Below are positions 18,064 through 27,597 of a stretch of DNA of 57,287 nucleotides, one piece after another. Under the pieces are notes generated by a model, which saw nothing but the letters and a program-made list of their open reading frames with translations, was not told the DNA's origin and searched no databases. This DNA is from an uncultured Verrucomicrobiota bacterium (GTDB lineage: Bacteria; Verrucomicrobiota; Verrucomicrobiia; Limisphaerales; UBA1096): contig CAJWEP010000002.1 in NCBI GenBank assembly GCA_913030945.1, positions 1 through 57,287 on the forward strand. Reading direction: 5' to 3'. The number at the start of each line of letters is the position of its first letter. Positions within the stretch are counted from its first letter, which is position 1. A program made the translations under genes and the position numbers.

Positions 18064-19440
18064 CTATCCAAGACTGGTATAGTAGGCATCCACCCGCTCG
18101 GCGACGTCGCGGTAGCCGATGTCCCTCTCGTAAATAATCTTGAACTGGTCGATCGACTCCTCCGTGCGTTCCATTGAGTCGAGTACGCAGCCAAGTTGGT
18201 AGTGCAAATCCATCTTTTCGTCGTCCATGACCTCCTTCTTCTCGAGCGCCTTTTGCAGAGTGCCGGCGGCCATGTCGTTCATGCCCCGCTTCGCAAAACA
18301 ACGGCCGATTTGCATCAGCGAGGCAATCTCCCGGTGGGGATTGGCCTGTGCGCGCTGGAAGGACTGGATCGCCAAGGTGACCTCCCCAGCCTCGAGTTGC
18401 AGCACGCCCAGGTCGTATCGTAGCGACAGGTCGGATGGATACGTGTCGGACAAGCGCTGAATCTGCGCCATCTCGAACGCCTTGCGCTCGACGCTCAACG
18501 CCCCGGCCTCACTTTCACCGGCCTGCTCGATCCGCCAGTCATACTGTTGCAGCTTGGTGTCCACGATGGCCCGGTCCACGGCGGCATCAGAGCGCAGGTT
18601 GGTCTTGTTGAACCGCTCGTAGTACTCGATGGACCTGTCGTAATTCTTTACGCGGCAATGCAGCTCTGCCAACGAGCGAATGAGCTTTAGGTTGTTCGGC
18701 TCATCCCGGAGCCGCTGTTCGTACTCACGGATAAGATTCTCGGCAGTGGACTCCTGCTCCGAGCGGCGATTCTCCTGCTCAAGCAGCACCGCCTCGTCCT
18801 CGTCCTTCAGCACCGCACGGTAATCGGCTTCACCGGAAGCCACCTTGTCGTACCCGCCCTCGGCCAGCGTGCGGCTTGCGGTCAGGTTCTTGGAGAGCTG
18901 CAGCACCTCCTGGTCGCCGGGATGCGCCCTGGCCAACGTCGCACAGGTTTCCTCCGCCTTGGCCACGTCGCCGTTGCTCACCAAGGCCTGGCAGTATTTC
19001 ATGGTACTAGCCTTGTTGTCCGGCTGCTGTTTCATAACCAGATCCCAAGCAAACACCGCCGTGCGCGGGAACTCGGCCGCCGTGGCCGCCTCCGCCAGCA
19101 GCTTGTTGCCCATCACGCTGTACGGGTCGTCATTCAAAATCTGCTCCGCCACCTCAATGGCCTCGAGCGGATTCTTCTTCAGCACCAACTGCCCCTTGGG
19201 CAGGAGTGACGAGGAGGTCGTCTTACCGAACATCCGAAAAAAACCACTCTTCTTGCCGGAGCGCTTGAACTGGTTAAGCCGGAGCGCTTCGCGGCACTCG
19301 AAAAAGCCCGGCTCACGACGAAGCCCCTGCTCGAAAAGCTTGGTCGCATACTCGAGATTATCCTTGCGCAGCGCGTCAAGGCCCTTGTCAAAAAACTCAC
19401 GGGCCTGAGGCTGCACCTCTTTTTTTGTCTTTTCCGGCAT
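18064..19440 (-). CDS. tetratricopeptide (TPR) repeat protein
   Basis: 458-aa ORF with repeated 34-residue A/L/Y-patterned helical units. Confidence 0.7.
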   Translation of the reverse strand: MPEKTKKEVQPQAREFFDKGLDALRKDNLEYATKLFEQGLRREPGFFECREALRLNQFKRSGKKSGFFRMFGKTTSSSLLPKGQLVLKKNPLEAIEVAEQILNDDPYSVMGNKLLAEAATAAEFPRTAVFAWDLVMKQQPDNKASTMKYCQALVSNGDVAKAEETCATLARAHPGDQEVLQLSKNLTASRTLAEGGYDKVASGEADYRAVLKDEDEAVLLEQENRRSEQESTAENLIREYEQRLRDEPNNLKLIRSLAELHCRVKNYDRSIEYYERFNKTNLRSDAAVDRAIVDTKLQQYDWRIEQAGESEAGALSVERKAFEMAQIQRLSDTYPSDLSLRYDLGVLQLEAGEVTLAIQSFQRAQANPHREIASLMQIGRCFAKRGMNDMAAGTLQKALEKKEVMDDEKMDLHYQLGCVLDSMERTEESIDQFKIIYERDIGYRDVAERVDAYYTSLG

Positions 19441-19521
19441 TCGTTAAAACCTGCTCGAATCGTACCGGCAAATCCCACCTGATGCAAACAACCTCCCGCC
19501 CTGCAGTCGCGTGCTTCGCGG

Positions 19522-19550
19522 TTGCCCTGTCCAGGAGGGTCGTGTACAAT
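19522..19550 (+). promoter_or_regulatory. candidate sigma-70-type promoter for grpE-dnaJ (TTGCCC-N17-TACAAT)
   Basis: TTGCCC lies at 19522-19527 and TACAAT at 19545-19550, with a 17-nt spacer, 29 nt upstream of the grpE ATG at 19579. This is a pattern match only. Confidence 0.3.
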
Positions 19551-19578
19551 ATTTGCCGCCGGTTATCGGCAGACATCC

Positions 19579-20262
19579 ATGAGCAGCGAAGGCAAAGAGG
19601 AAAACCAGAAAGCCAATCATATCGAGATCACCGACTCGGAGGAAAAAGACACTTCCATCCAAGCCGAGTCAGAGCAAGAAAGCCAAGCGCTTGGCCAAGC
19701 GGAGGGAGAGCCCGAACCCGACGAACCCGTAACCGAAGAGGAAGAAGAGCTGCCACCACCCACCCCCGGGGAACTCAAAGAACTCCGCCAGCAGGCAGCC
19801 AAGGCGGAAGAATACTACGACCGGCTCCAGCGACAAGTCGCCGAGGCCGACAACCTCCGCAAGCGCTTGGCCAAGGAGAAACAGGACGCCATCCGATACG
19901 CCAACGAGTCCCTCATTGAGGAACTGCTACCCACGATGGACAGCTTCGAAATGGCCATCAGCGCCGTGCGGAACTCAGATGACAACTCAATCGATTCACT
20001 AAAGACCGGCATCGAGATGGTCTACACCCAACTCAAGCGAACCCTACAGGAGATCGGCGTCACAGAAATCGACGCCACCGGCCAAGCGTTCGATCCCTCC
20101 CAGCACGAGGCCATGTCCCGGAAGAAAACCGACGAAGCCGAGGAAGGCACCGTGCTCGAGCAAACCCGAAAAGGCTACCGCTTGCGGGACCGCCTGCTCC
20201 GGGCCGCATCCGTCGTCGTGGCCACCCCCCTGGATGACGCAGAGGAGGAGACTGAACAATAA
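19579..20262 (+). CDS. grpE: nucleotide exchange factor GrpE
   Basis: Acidic N-terminus, coiled coil and a conserved C-terminal beta domain ([16 protein letters not shown]). The start was trimmed to MSSEGKEE. Confidence 0.9.
   Translation: MSSEGKEENQKANHIEITDSEEKDTSIQAESEQESQALGQAEGEPEPDEPVTEEEEELPPPTPGELKELRQQAAKAEEYYDRLQRQVAEADNLRKRLAKEKQDAIRYANESLIEELLPTMDSFEMAISAVRNSDDNSIDSLKTGIEMVYTQLKRTLQEIGVTEIDATGQAFDPSQHEAMSRKKTDEAEEGTVLEQTRKGYRLRDRLLRAASVVVATPLDDAEEETEQ
19688..19701. repeat. perfect 14-bp palindrome CGCTTGGCCAAGCG
   Basis: Exact match inside grpE, encoding ALGQA. It is preceded by an overlapping CCAAGCGCTTGG palindrome (19683-19694). Confidence 0.95.
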
Positions 20263-20264
20263 CC

Positions 20265-21407
20265 ATGGCCAAGCGCGACTACTACGAAGTGCTCGGCTTG
20301 AGCAAGGGCGCCTCTGCGGACGAAATCAAGAAAGCCTACCGCAAACTGGCCGTCAAATATCATCCCGACAAGAATCCCGACAACAAGGAGGCCGAAGAAA
20401 AATTCAAGGAAATCGGCGAGGCCTACGAGGCGTTGAGCGACCCCGAGAAAAAGGCAGCCTACGATCAGTTTGGCCATGCCGCATTCGGCCCCGGTTCCCG
20501 TGCCAGTCGCGGCGGGGGCGGGTTCCACGATCCGTTCGATATCTTCCGCGAAGCCTTCAGCAGCAGCGGGGGCGGCGGCAGTATTTTCGAGGACTTGTTT
20601 GGCGGGGGCGGCCAGCGCGGCTCGTCCGGCCCGTCTCGCGGCTCCGACCTTCGCTACGACATGGAACTGACCTTCGAGGAGGCCGTCCACGGCTGCGAAA
20701 AGGAAATCCGCCTCAACAAACTCGATGCGTGTGACACGTGCAGCGGCACCGGAGCCGCCGACGGCGGACGCCGGACCACCTGCGGCACCTGCAACGGCCG
20801 CGGACAAGTAGTCCAGTCGCAGGGCTTTTTCAGCGTGGCGCAGACCTGTCCCCGTTGCAACGGCAGCGGTTCCACCATCGACAAGCCATGCCCCAAGTGC
20901 AACGGCGAGGGCCGCCGCGACAAGTCCGGCAAGGTCACCATTCGCGTCCCGGCCGGGGTCGACACCGGCGCACGACTGCGCTCTACCGGCAACGGTGAGG
21001 CCGGGATGCACGGCGGAAAACCAGGCGACCTATACGTCGTGCTGCACGTGAAGGAGCATGAGATTTTCGAGCGTGACGGCGACGACCTCCAATGCGAGGT
21101 GCCGATCAGTTTTGTACAGGCCACGCTCGGCTCAGAGATTGAGGTGCCCACCCTCAGCGGCAGCGCACGCATCAACGTACCGCCCGGAACCCAGTCCGCC
21201 ACCATCCTGCGGCTCCGGGGCAAAGGCGTGAAAAACGTCCAGGGCTACGGACACGGCGATCTGCACGTGCGCGTCATCGTCGAGGTGCCCATCCGCCTGA
21301 ACGCAGAGCAGAAAACAAAGCTCACCGAGTTCGGCGACCTCTGCGACGACCGTGTCAACCCGATGCGCGGCTCCTTCTTCGAGAAGGCCAAGAAGTTTTT
21401 CAGCTGA
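20265..21407 (+). CDS. dnaJ: molecular chaperone DnaJ
   Basis: J-domain ([11 protein letters not shown]...HPDKNP), a G/F-rich region and four CxxCxGxG zinc-finger repeats. Confidence 0.95.
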   Translation: MAKRDYYEVLGLSKGASADEIKKAYRKLAVKYHPDKNPDNKEAEEKFKEIGEAYEALSDPEKKAAYDQFGHAAFGPGSRASRGGGGFHDPFDIFREAFSSSGGGGSIFEDLFGGGGQRGSSGPSRGSDLRYDMELTFEEAVHGCEKEIRLNKLDACDTCSGTGAADGGRRTTCGTCNGRGQVVQSQGFFSVAQTCPRCNGSGSTIDKPCPKCNGEGRRDKSGKVTIRVPAGVDTGARLRSTGNGEAGMHGGKPGDLYVVLHVKEHEIFERDGDDLQCEVPISFVQATLGSEIEVPTLSGSARINVPPGTQSATILRLRGKGVKNVQGYGHGDLHVRVIVEVPIRLNAEQKTKLTEFGDLCDDRVNPMRGSFFEKAKKFFS

Positions 21408-21421
21408 TCCGCCCCAGTTTC

Positions 21422-22171
21422 ATGCACCGATTTTTCATCCCTCCGGAGGCGTGCCACAATAACCCGCTTTGCCTTTCCCCGGAAGAGTCCAAACACGCCC
21501 GCTCGGTACTGCGCCTGCGCATAGGCGACCGCGTCGTCGTCCTCAACGGCGCCGGCAAGGAACTGCTCTGCCAAGCGGAGGAAGTTCGGAGTGACTCGAC
21601 AACACTCAGCATCATTCAGGAAAACAGCGTCCGCCCCCTGCCCTTCGAGATCACGCTCTACCAGGCCGTGGCCAAAGGCAAGGCGATGGATTTCATCATC
21701 CAAAAAGCCGCCGAACTGGGGGCACACCGCATCGTGCCGGTCCTCTCCGAACGCTCCGTGCCGGACTGGGACGAGACCAAGGCAGCAGCCAAAGTTGAAA
21801 AGTGGCGAAGCATCTGCGTCGAGTCGATCAAGCAGTGCGGCTCCGCATGGCTGCCCGGGCTCGAGCTGCCGATGAAGCCAGACGACGCGCTAACAGACGC
21901 CCGGCAAGCCGACTTGTCGTTGATAGCCACGCTTCAGCCCGACGCGAAACACCCCCGCGAACACATCGATGCCTACTCCACAGAGCATGCCCAAGCGCCG
22001 GGCAAGCTGGCAATCTGGATCGGGCCGGAGGGTGACTACACCCCAGCGGAAATCAACACCATCCGCACCGCCGCCCTGCCGATCACGCTTGGCCCGCTGG
22101 TGCTCCGCAGCGAGACCGCCGCCATCTACTGCCTCGCCGTGCTCAACTACGAGTTGCAGGCGCGCCACTAG
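21422..22171 (+). CDS. rsmE: 16S rRNA (uracil1498-N3)-methyltransferase
   Basis: 249-aa ORF. The MHRFFI start, a PUA-like N-terminus and the C-terminal GPEGDYTPAEI..LGPLVLRSETA block are typical of RsmE. Confidence 0.85.
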   Translation: MHRFFIPPEACHNNPLCLSPEESKHARSVLRLRIGDRVVVLNGAGKELLCQAEEVRSDSTTLSIIQENSVRPLPFEITLYQAVAKGKAMDFIIQKAAELGAHRIVPVLSERSVPDWDETKAAAKVEKWRSICVESIKQCGSAWLPGLELPMKPDDALTDARQADLSLIATLQPDAKHPREHIDAYSTEHAQAPGKLAIWIGPEGDYTPAEINTIRTAALPITLGPLVLRSETAAIYCLAVLNYELQARH

Positions 22172-22192
22172 CCGCTTGCCCAAGCGCTTGAC

Positions 22193-23005
22193 CTATGCAG
22201 AAGCTTCCTGCATGTAGCGCAGGCTCTCGCGAGCGATTGTCTTGGGGCCTTCCTCAAAGTCGAACACCTCCACCGACACGAACCCGTCGTAGCCGACTTC
22301 CTTCAGCGCAGCAAAGATCGGCTTGAAATCGACATCGCCAAAACCGGGGCCCTTGAGATTAGCGTCGTTGGCGTGGAAGTAGGCGAAGTTCGGGTGCGAG
22401 TCGCGGATGATGTCTGGGATCGGCTTGGGATCGGAACACATTGCTTTCACGTCGAGGATGATCTTGAAGGCCTCACTGTCAAACTGCTGAATAAACTCGA
22501 TGCCCTTCTCGGCTGTGTTGACAAAATCCGTCTCCGACGGGGCCAGCGGCTCGAAACAAATTGTCACCCCCTTGTCCTCGGCCAGCTTGATCGACGGCGC
22601 AAACGTCTCCCGTGCCAGTTCCCACGCCTCCTCAAAACTGATGCCCGGCAATAGATTTCGCTGCTTCGGCGAACCGACGACAATCGCCTCGCCGCCAAGA
22701 TCGGCGCAAAACTCGACGAGTTCGCAAAAATAATTCGCTGTCTTGCGGCGAACTTCCGGGTCGGTGTGCGTCATGTACATGCCCTCGGTCTTGAGGAGCA
22801 CCCAATGCACCGCCGAAATTCCGATACCGCAGTCAGCGGCGACATCGCGTATTCGCCGCCTCTCCACAACCGGCACCTCCGTCACGTACTGCGCCAGTGT
22901 AAACGGCGCGATCTCAATCGCATCGTACCCCGTCTCGGCGACAAGCTTGATGGAATCATCAATCTCCCATCCCTCAAAAACCTCGTTGCAAATGGCAAAT
23001 TTCAT
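22193..23005 (-). CDS. sugar phosphate isomerase/epimerase (xylose-isomerase-like TIM barrel)
   Basis: The MKFAICNEVF..GYDAIEI N-terminus is typical of this family. The start was trimmed from the 23041 ORF start. Confidence 0.75.
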   Translation of the reverse strand: MKFAICNEVFEGWEIDDSIKLVAETGYDAIEIAPFTLAQYVTEVPVVERRRIRDVAADCGIGISAVHWVLLKTEGMYMTHTDPEVRRKTANYFCELVEFCADLGGEAIVVGSPKQRNLLPGISFEEAWELARETFAPSIKLAEDKGVTICFEPLAPSETDFVNTAEKGIEFIQQFDSEAFKIILDVKAMCSDPKPIPDIIRDSHPNFAYFHANDANLKGPGFGDVDFKPIFAALKEVGYDGFVSVEVFDFEEGPKTIARESLRYMQEASA

Positions 23006-23056
23006 TTTGTGGATTAGCGTGAAAAACGAGTAGTCAACCACAGTTGGGCTTGGTTT

Positions 23057-23947
23057 TCAGGCTAATTCACAAAAATGCCCAAGCAAACGCGCTGCCTGCT
23101 CACCAGCCTGATGGGCTTGCTGAAGCACCTCCTCGTGGGTGATTGGTGACTTGGCCAATCCGGCGGCGGCGTTGGTGATGCATGACAGGCCAGCAACATC
23201 CAATCCAAGCTGTCGGGCCACGATCGCCTCCGGCGCGGTACTCATGGCAACGGCGTCCGCGCCCAACGTTGCGAGGGCGCGAATCTCGGCTGGCGTCTCG
23301 TAGCTTGGCCCAGGCACAGCAGCGAAAACACCGCTCTTCAACGCAACGCCGCAGTCAGCGGCGGCTTGGGCAAGCGCTTGGCCAAGCGGCCCAGAGTAGG
23401 CCGCGGACATGTCCACAAAGCCCGCCGCCGCTTCGCCGCGCAGCGGATTGACGCCCATCAGGTTGATGTGGTCAGTGATGCGCATGAAGTCGCCGACCGC
23501 TAAATCTTCCGCGATGCCACCGGCCGCATTGGTGAGCAAAACCTGCCCGACACCGAATTCGGCCATGATGCGGATTGGGAACGTCACCTGATCCATCGAG
23601 TGACCCTCGTAGTAGTGCAACCGGCCGGCCTGCAACAGGACGTCCGCACCGCCGAGGCAACCGATGACAAATTGTCCCGCGTGGCCATCCACTCCCGGGA
23701 CGGTACAACCGGGCAGCTCGGCGAAGCCAACCTCCGTGGCGTCAGCAACCTCATCGATCACTTGGCCAAAGGCGCTACCCAGCACGATGCCCAAGCGGGG
23801 CCGCAAGGGGGTTGAGGCACAAAGAACCTCGGTGGCGTTTTGAAGATCCGACTGCACCCGGCCGGTATGGCGCTTGGCCAAGCGGATTTCAAGCCAAGAG
23901 GAGATGATCGTTGCGGCGGATTTGCAACGAAGCCATCTGTGGATCAA
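23057..23947 (-). CDS. purine nucleoside phosphorylase (PNP/MTAP family)
   Basis: Contains the GIVLGSAFG, GRLHYYEGHSM and ETPAEIR blocks. The family-typical N-terminal length suggests the true start may be the GTG at 23857. Confidence 0.8.
   Translation of the reverse strand: MIHRWLRCKSAATIISSWLEIRLAKRHTGRVQSDLQNATEVLCASTPLRPRLGIVLGSAFGQVIDEVADATEVGFAELPGCTVPGVDGHAGQFVIGCLGGADVLLQAGRLHYYEGHSMDQVTFPIRIMAEFGVGQVLLTNAAGGIAEDLAVGDFMRITDHINLMGVNPLRGEAAAGFVDMSAAYSGPLGQALAQAAADCGVALKSGVFAAVPGPSYETPAEIRALATLGADAVAMSTAPEAIVARQLGLDVAGLSCITNAAAGLAKSPITHEEVLQQAHQAGEQAARLLGHFCELA
23375..23388. repeat. perfect 14-bp palindrome CGCTTGGCCAAGCG
   Basis: Exact match inside the PNP gene. It is preceded by the one-mismatch 12-nt unit CTTGGGCAAGCG in tandem. 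Confidence 0.95.
23871..23884. repeat. perfect 14-bp palindrome CGCTTGGCCAAGCG
   Basis: Exact match in the PNP 5' region. It is upstream of the gene if the GTG at 23857 is the true start. Confidence 0.95.
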
Positions 23948-24020
23948 TGAAAACCAATTTGATCGTGAAATCTGTTGACGACCCTCGGAACCTGCCGCTA
24001 CGTTTCCCGCCCCTCTGGGT

Positions 24021-24095
24021 TCCAGAGTAGCTCAATGGTAGAGCGAGCGGCTGTTAACCGCTAGGTTGCTGGTTCGAGTCCAGCCTCTGGAGCCA
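24021..24095 (+). tRNA. tRNA-Asn (anticodon GTT), CCA encoded
   Basis: The cloverleaf was folded by hand. Acceptor stem is TCCAGAG/CTCTGGA, D stem GCTC/GAGC, anticodon stem AGCGG/CCGCT with loop CTGTTAA, and T stem GCTGG/CCAGC with loop TTCGAGT. Discriminator G and CCA follow. Confidence 0.9.
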
Positions 24096-27000
24096 TTTCT
24101 TTTTCCTTCAATGACTCGCTGGATGATCCCTGTGCAAGCGAGCAATCCAAGCCAAGCGTGCCGTTGAGCGCGGCGAGGTAGTCGCTGCTCCGGGCGAAAT
24201 CCAGTTCCTCCTCCACCCTGCTCAGGCGCTTGACCAAGCCGAGCCGCTCAGCCTCTTCACGGTGCGTCTCCTTGCCAAGAAACGCCCTCATGTAGTCCAG
24301 TTGGTCCTCTAGGTAGCGCACATCCCGCTCCTGCTTGACCTTGAGGCGGTCGAGGTACCATTGCTGGCCGCGCACTTTATTTGGGTCGAACAGTCCGCGC
24401 ACAGCGGGATCATCGATAGTTTTACCCTCGAACTGCCCGAGCGCCATGCTGTGCAGCAGAGCCTTGAGCGGCGGAATGGCCTCTTCAACGGAGCCGTCCT
24501 CGAAGTAATGGCCGGCGATTCGCTGCTGGGTCTCGACGATGTTTTTAATGCCGTCGACAAAATCGCCGATCCCCTGCAACTCAGGCTTGAGCATGTCCGG
24601 CGGCACGACCGAGTCCGGGTTGGTGAAAATGCGGCCGAAAAAATCGAGTACGAATCGGCTCGTGATCCGGTAGCCGAGGCGGCTTGCCAGCACGGCTTGG
24701 CCTTTGTGGTCGAAATCCTCCAGTTTCTCCAGATAGCCGCCGCTAATGAGGTAGTCCGCCCGGCGTTCCTCCGCCGACATGCGGGCCCACAACTCCGGAA
24801 TCAGCAGGCTGATGTCGTGATCCACGCGGTATTTCGGCCCGATGTAGCCGGCGGCCGATGTGAAACAGTCATCGCCCGTGAGCATGTAACTGACCAGCGC
24901 GTTGTTCAGGTCCACGACCGGCGGGAGAGCGTTGAACGGCCCCTTGGTCAGCGCCCCCTCCGAGCCGGCACCGGTGGTTGAGGGCGATTTGCCGGTGAGC
25001 GAGCTGACAAAATCCATGAACAATTCCGGCAACTCCTGGTAATGGATCGGCCCGTAAACAGCCAGGGCTCGGATGCCGGCTTGATGGTCGGGCGGGTTGT
25101 TGCGGCGTCCGGCCAGCACGGCGTCCACCGGAAAGCGCACCGCTTGGCCAAGTGGCACCCGCCGGTACAGTCGAGTGCCGACGCCGGCGAGGTAGCGCCC
25201 TCTGGCATCCTCCACGTCCGGCCGGTTCTGCAAATAGCGTGGATTCCTCGTCGGCTTGCCGTCCACGATTCGCGGCCGGGCGGATGAGACCATGAATTCG
25301 CGGGAGTTGGACCCATCGAGAAACTCCTGAAAAACCTCCTGCAGCCCGTGCGTGTACCCCCCAAACTCCAGCGCATCGGCCACCTCGTCCCGGGCCTCCT
25401 GCCTCGTAATCGGATGATAGTTTGAGGCGAAAAGATTTTTGCGGCAAAAGTCGGACTCGGCCTTTTTATCGTACCCGCGCCGCACCGCATCGTCCGGTCT
25501 TTGGAAAAACCGGTATTCGCAATTGGCGACGAACTTGAGCGAGGGGCGGGGTTCGCCGTTCTTCCACCCGGACAAGCCGTCCGTCGAAACGACCGTGCTG
25601 GCAGAAATGTCGTCCTCGCGCTGCAACTTGACCGTGGGGATGAAGTCCTTTCGCAAGGTGAACGTCCGCCACAGGGCGTCCCCGGTGAAACCGACCCGCA
25701 AATATTGGGCCACCAGTTTTTGCTGCCGGTACTTGAGTTCCTTGCCCGGCTGGCCGTTGACGGTGTCCACCGAGAAATGCCGCCGCCAATCCTCCCCCCA
25801 CTCCTGCCGGTAAAACCGCTTGATGGTGAACACGAGATCCTTCACGTGCATGGGGATACTGTTGAGCCATTCGTTGTACTCCTCCGTGTAGGCCCGGCTG
25901 GGGGTCAGCAGCTTGACCACCGAGCCAAGCGAGCGGCGCTCATCGAGCACGCTGCGCCCCCGCTTGATGTCCGGCGGGTTCTTGAAGCGGCCGGAATATT
26001 TACGCTGGAGAATTTGCCCGACGGCATCCATATCCTCGTGGAAATCGGCGACAAAAACCGGCCCGGCCAAAATAGCGTCCATGATGGATTTGGAGATTTC
26101 CGACTTGCCTCCGCCAGACACCGTGCACGGCTTGTGGCAGAACACGCCCTCCGCAGCGGTCCCAACCAAGCGCCAATGCCCTCCCACGGAGCGACGCACC
26201 ATCAACAACTTGTAACCGGATGGAAGCACATATATCATTCCCGGCGTCAACCGGATCCCCTGTTCGGCCCCGTCTCTGATCCAATTGATTTGCTGTTTTC
26301 TAAGCAGCACGCGGGAGTTCTCGGGGATGTAATGGATTTCAGGGAACCGCTTGTCAATCGCATGGCCTTCCGGTTGGAGATCCATCATAGCCCCGAACGA
26401 CCGCAGCATCTCCTCAAACGTATGATCGACCTCCTTGACGAAGCCGCTGAGTTGGAAGTCCTCACCGAGGTCGCAGCTAGAAAAGGCGATGGCGCCGCCG
26501 GCATGTTCCTCCTCCGTGTTGCCCAGCAGGTTGGCGGAAAAACTGATCTGGGTTTTCACCTCCTTCTTGCAGTAGCCAAAATAGTTGTCGGCAATCAGCG
26601 TAACCATCACCCCGGAGGCGTCTCGGCAGGCCACCTTGAAGCCGCCGCCGTCGTTGTAGCGCTCCTCCTCCGATTCCCAGCACATGCCGTCCCGTTTTTG
26701 CCGATCGGTAGCCTCCGAAACATGCGGTAGGCCAAGCTCCCTTTTGCCAAGCGTGACCAGGTGCGGAGCGAGCACCACGCAGCCTGTGTGTCCGGTCCAA
26801 TGTTCCGGGTCAAGGGCGGCGTCGTTTTCCGACAGGTATGGGTCGCCTGCGTTGCCGAAAATCGATTCTACAAAATCCAGATTGGCGACCAAGCTGCCAG
26901 GCGCGAAAAACCTCGTCTCAAGCGAACGTTCCCCGCTGACACCCTCGACTCCCGGCATCACCACCGGCCTCAGCAGCAGCGAAACAAACAATCGTGCCCG

Positions 27001-27597
27001 CTCCTTTTGCGAACTGGTGAACGGGATCTCCATCACCGATTTCGGCGGTCCAAGCGCTTGACCAAGCAGCGCGGCGAATACCCGCTTCGGCATCTCCTTT
27101 TTGTCGTGTGGAATCGGCAGGCCTCCCTCAACGATGTGGAACACGCCCTTGGTCGTCCGGCGGTCGCTCCTTGGGTTGTGCAGCACGCCCTGCTCAATCC
27201 GGTACGAGTCGAGGTACTCCGAAGTGTACGAATCCCTGTCGGGCGGCAGCGACAGGGTGCGCGCCAGTCCGTGATGCTCCAGTTGAAGGGCGTTGGTCGG
27301 GAGACGGGGAATATCACATCCGCAGCCACCAAGCGTGCGATCCAAAAAAGCCTGAATCCGCGCGTCGGCCGGGCAGTGGTATTCCGCCAGTAAACGGTTT
27401 TTCTCCTGCAGGTTTGCCAGAAGGTGCTTGCTGGCCTTCAGGAGGGCAAACTCGCTCTCCTTCCCGACGATCGGCTGACCACGAAACCACAGCTTGGCGT
27501 TGATCACCTCCGCCAGACGCCGCCTATCCTCGTCGGAGTTGAGATTCACGCCGAACCCCAGTCGCCGTTTCAGTTCCTTTGCATCATCCAGATTCAT
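24061..27597 (-). CDS. large conserved protein, possibly PPi-dependent phosphoenolpyruvate carboxykinase-like
   Basis: Uninterrupted 1178-aa ORF with non-repetitive, globular-looking composition and an SGGGKSE P-loop-like motif. The size class matches my recollection of PPi-type PEPCK. The functional call is low confidence; existence of the CDS is high confidence. Confidence 0.55.
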   Translation of the reverse strand: MNLDDAKELKRRLGFGVNLNSDEDRRRLAEVINAKLWFRGQPIVGKESEFALLKASKHLLANLQEKNRLLAEYHCPADARIQAFLDRTLGGCGCDIPRLPTNALQLEHHGLARTLSLPPDRDSYTSEYLDSYRIEQGVLHNPRSDRRTTKGVFHIVEGGLPIPHDKKEMPKRVFAALLGQALGPPKSVMEIPFTSSQKERARLFVSLLLRPVVMPGVEGVSGERSLETRFFAPGSLVANLDFVESIFGNAGDPYLSENDAALDPEHWTGHTGCVVLAPHLVTLGKRELGLPHVSEATDRQKRDGMCWESEEERYNDGGGFKVACRDASGVMVTLIADNYFGYCKKEVKTQISFSANLLGNTEEEHAGGAIAFSSCDLGEDFQLSGFVKEVDHTFEEMLRSFGAMMDLQPEGHAIDKRFPEIHYIPENSRVLLRKQQINWIRDGAEQGIRLTPGMIYVLPSGYKLLMVRRSVGGHWRLVGTAAEGVFCHKPCTVSGGGKSEISKSIMDAILAGPVFVADFHEDMDAVGQILQRKYSGRFKNPPDIKRGRSVLDERRSLGSVVKLLTPSRAYTEEYNEWLNSIPMHVKDLVFTIKRFYRQEWGEDWRRHFSVDTVNGQPGKELKYRQQKLVAQYLRVGFTGDALWRTFTLRKDFIPTVKLQREDDISASTVVSTDGLSGWKNGEPRPSLKFVANCEYRFFQRPDDAVRRGYDKKAESDFCRKNLFASNYHPITRQEARDEVADALEFGGYTHGLQEVFQEFLDGSNSREFMVSSARPRIVDGKPTRNPRYLQNRPDVEDARGRYLAGVGTRLYRRVPLGQAVRFPVDAVLAGRRNNPPDHQAGIRALAVYGPIHYQELPELFMDFVSSLTGKSPSTTGAGSEGALTKGPFNALPPVVDLNNALVSYMLTGDDCFTSAAGYIGPKYRVDHDISLLIPELWARMSAEERRADYLISGGYLEKLEDFDHKGQAVLASRLGYRITSRFVLDFFGRIFTNPDSVVPPDMLKPELQGIGDFVDGIKNIVETQQRIAGHYFEDGSVEEAIPPLKALLHSMALGQFEGKTIDDPAVRGLFDPNKVRGQQWYLDRLKVKQERDVRYLEDQLDYMRAFLGKETHREEAERLGLVKRLSRVEEELDFARSSDYLAALNGTLGLDCSLAQGSSSESLKEKEMAPEAGLEPAT

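Noticed and set aside
19441-19578. Heat-shock operator (CIRCE, TTAGCACTC-N9-GAGTGCTAA) or sigma-32 promoter upstream of grpE-dnaJ
   Set aside because: I read the spacer on both strands. It contains no CIRCE-like inverted repeat and no CTTGAA..CCCCAT pattern. Only a generic TTGCCC-N17-TACAAT match was found. No hrcA or dnaK is present in the window.
20175-21011. 278-aa ORF on the minus strand
   Set aside because: It is antisense to dnaJ. It is Ala/Gly-rich and low-complexity, mirroring the G/F and zinc-finger regions. It is a shadow ORF.
23948-24130. tRNA-Asn as an integration site for a genomic island
   Set aside because: There is no integrase, no direct repeat of the tRNA 3' end and no mobile-element gene on either side. 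The flanking genes are ordinary metabolic genes carrying the iterated palindrome.
25501-26730. 409-aa ORF on the plus strand
   Set aside because: It is antisense to the uninterrupted 1178-aa ORF. Its Arg/Pro/Gly/His-rich composition has no motifs. Only one of the two can be real, and the 1178-aa frame has protein-like composition throughout.
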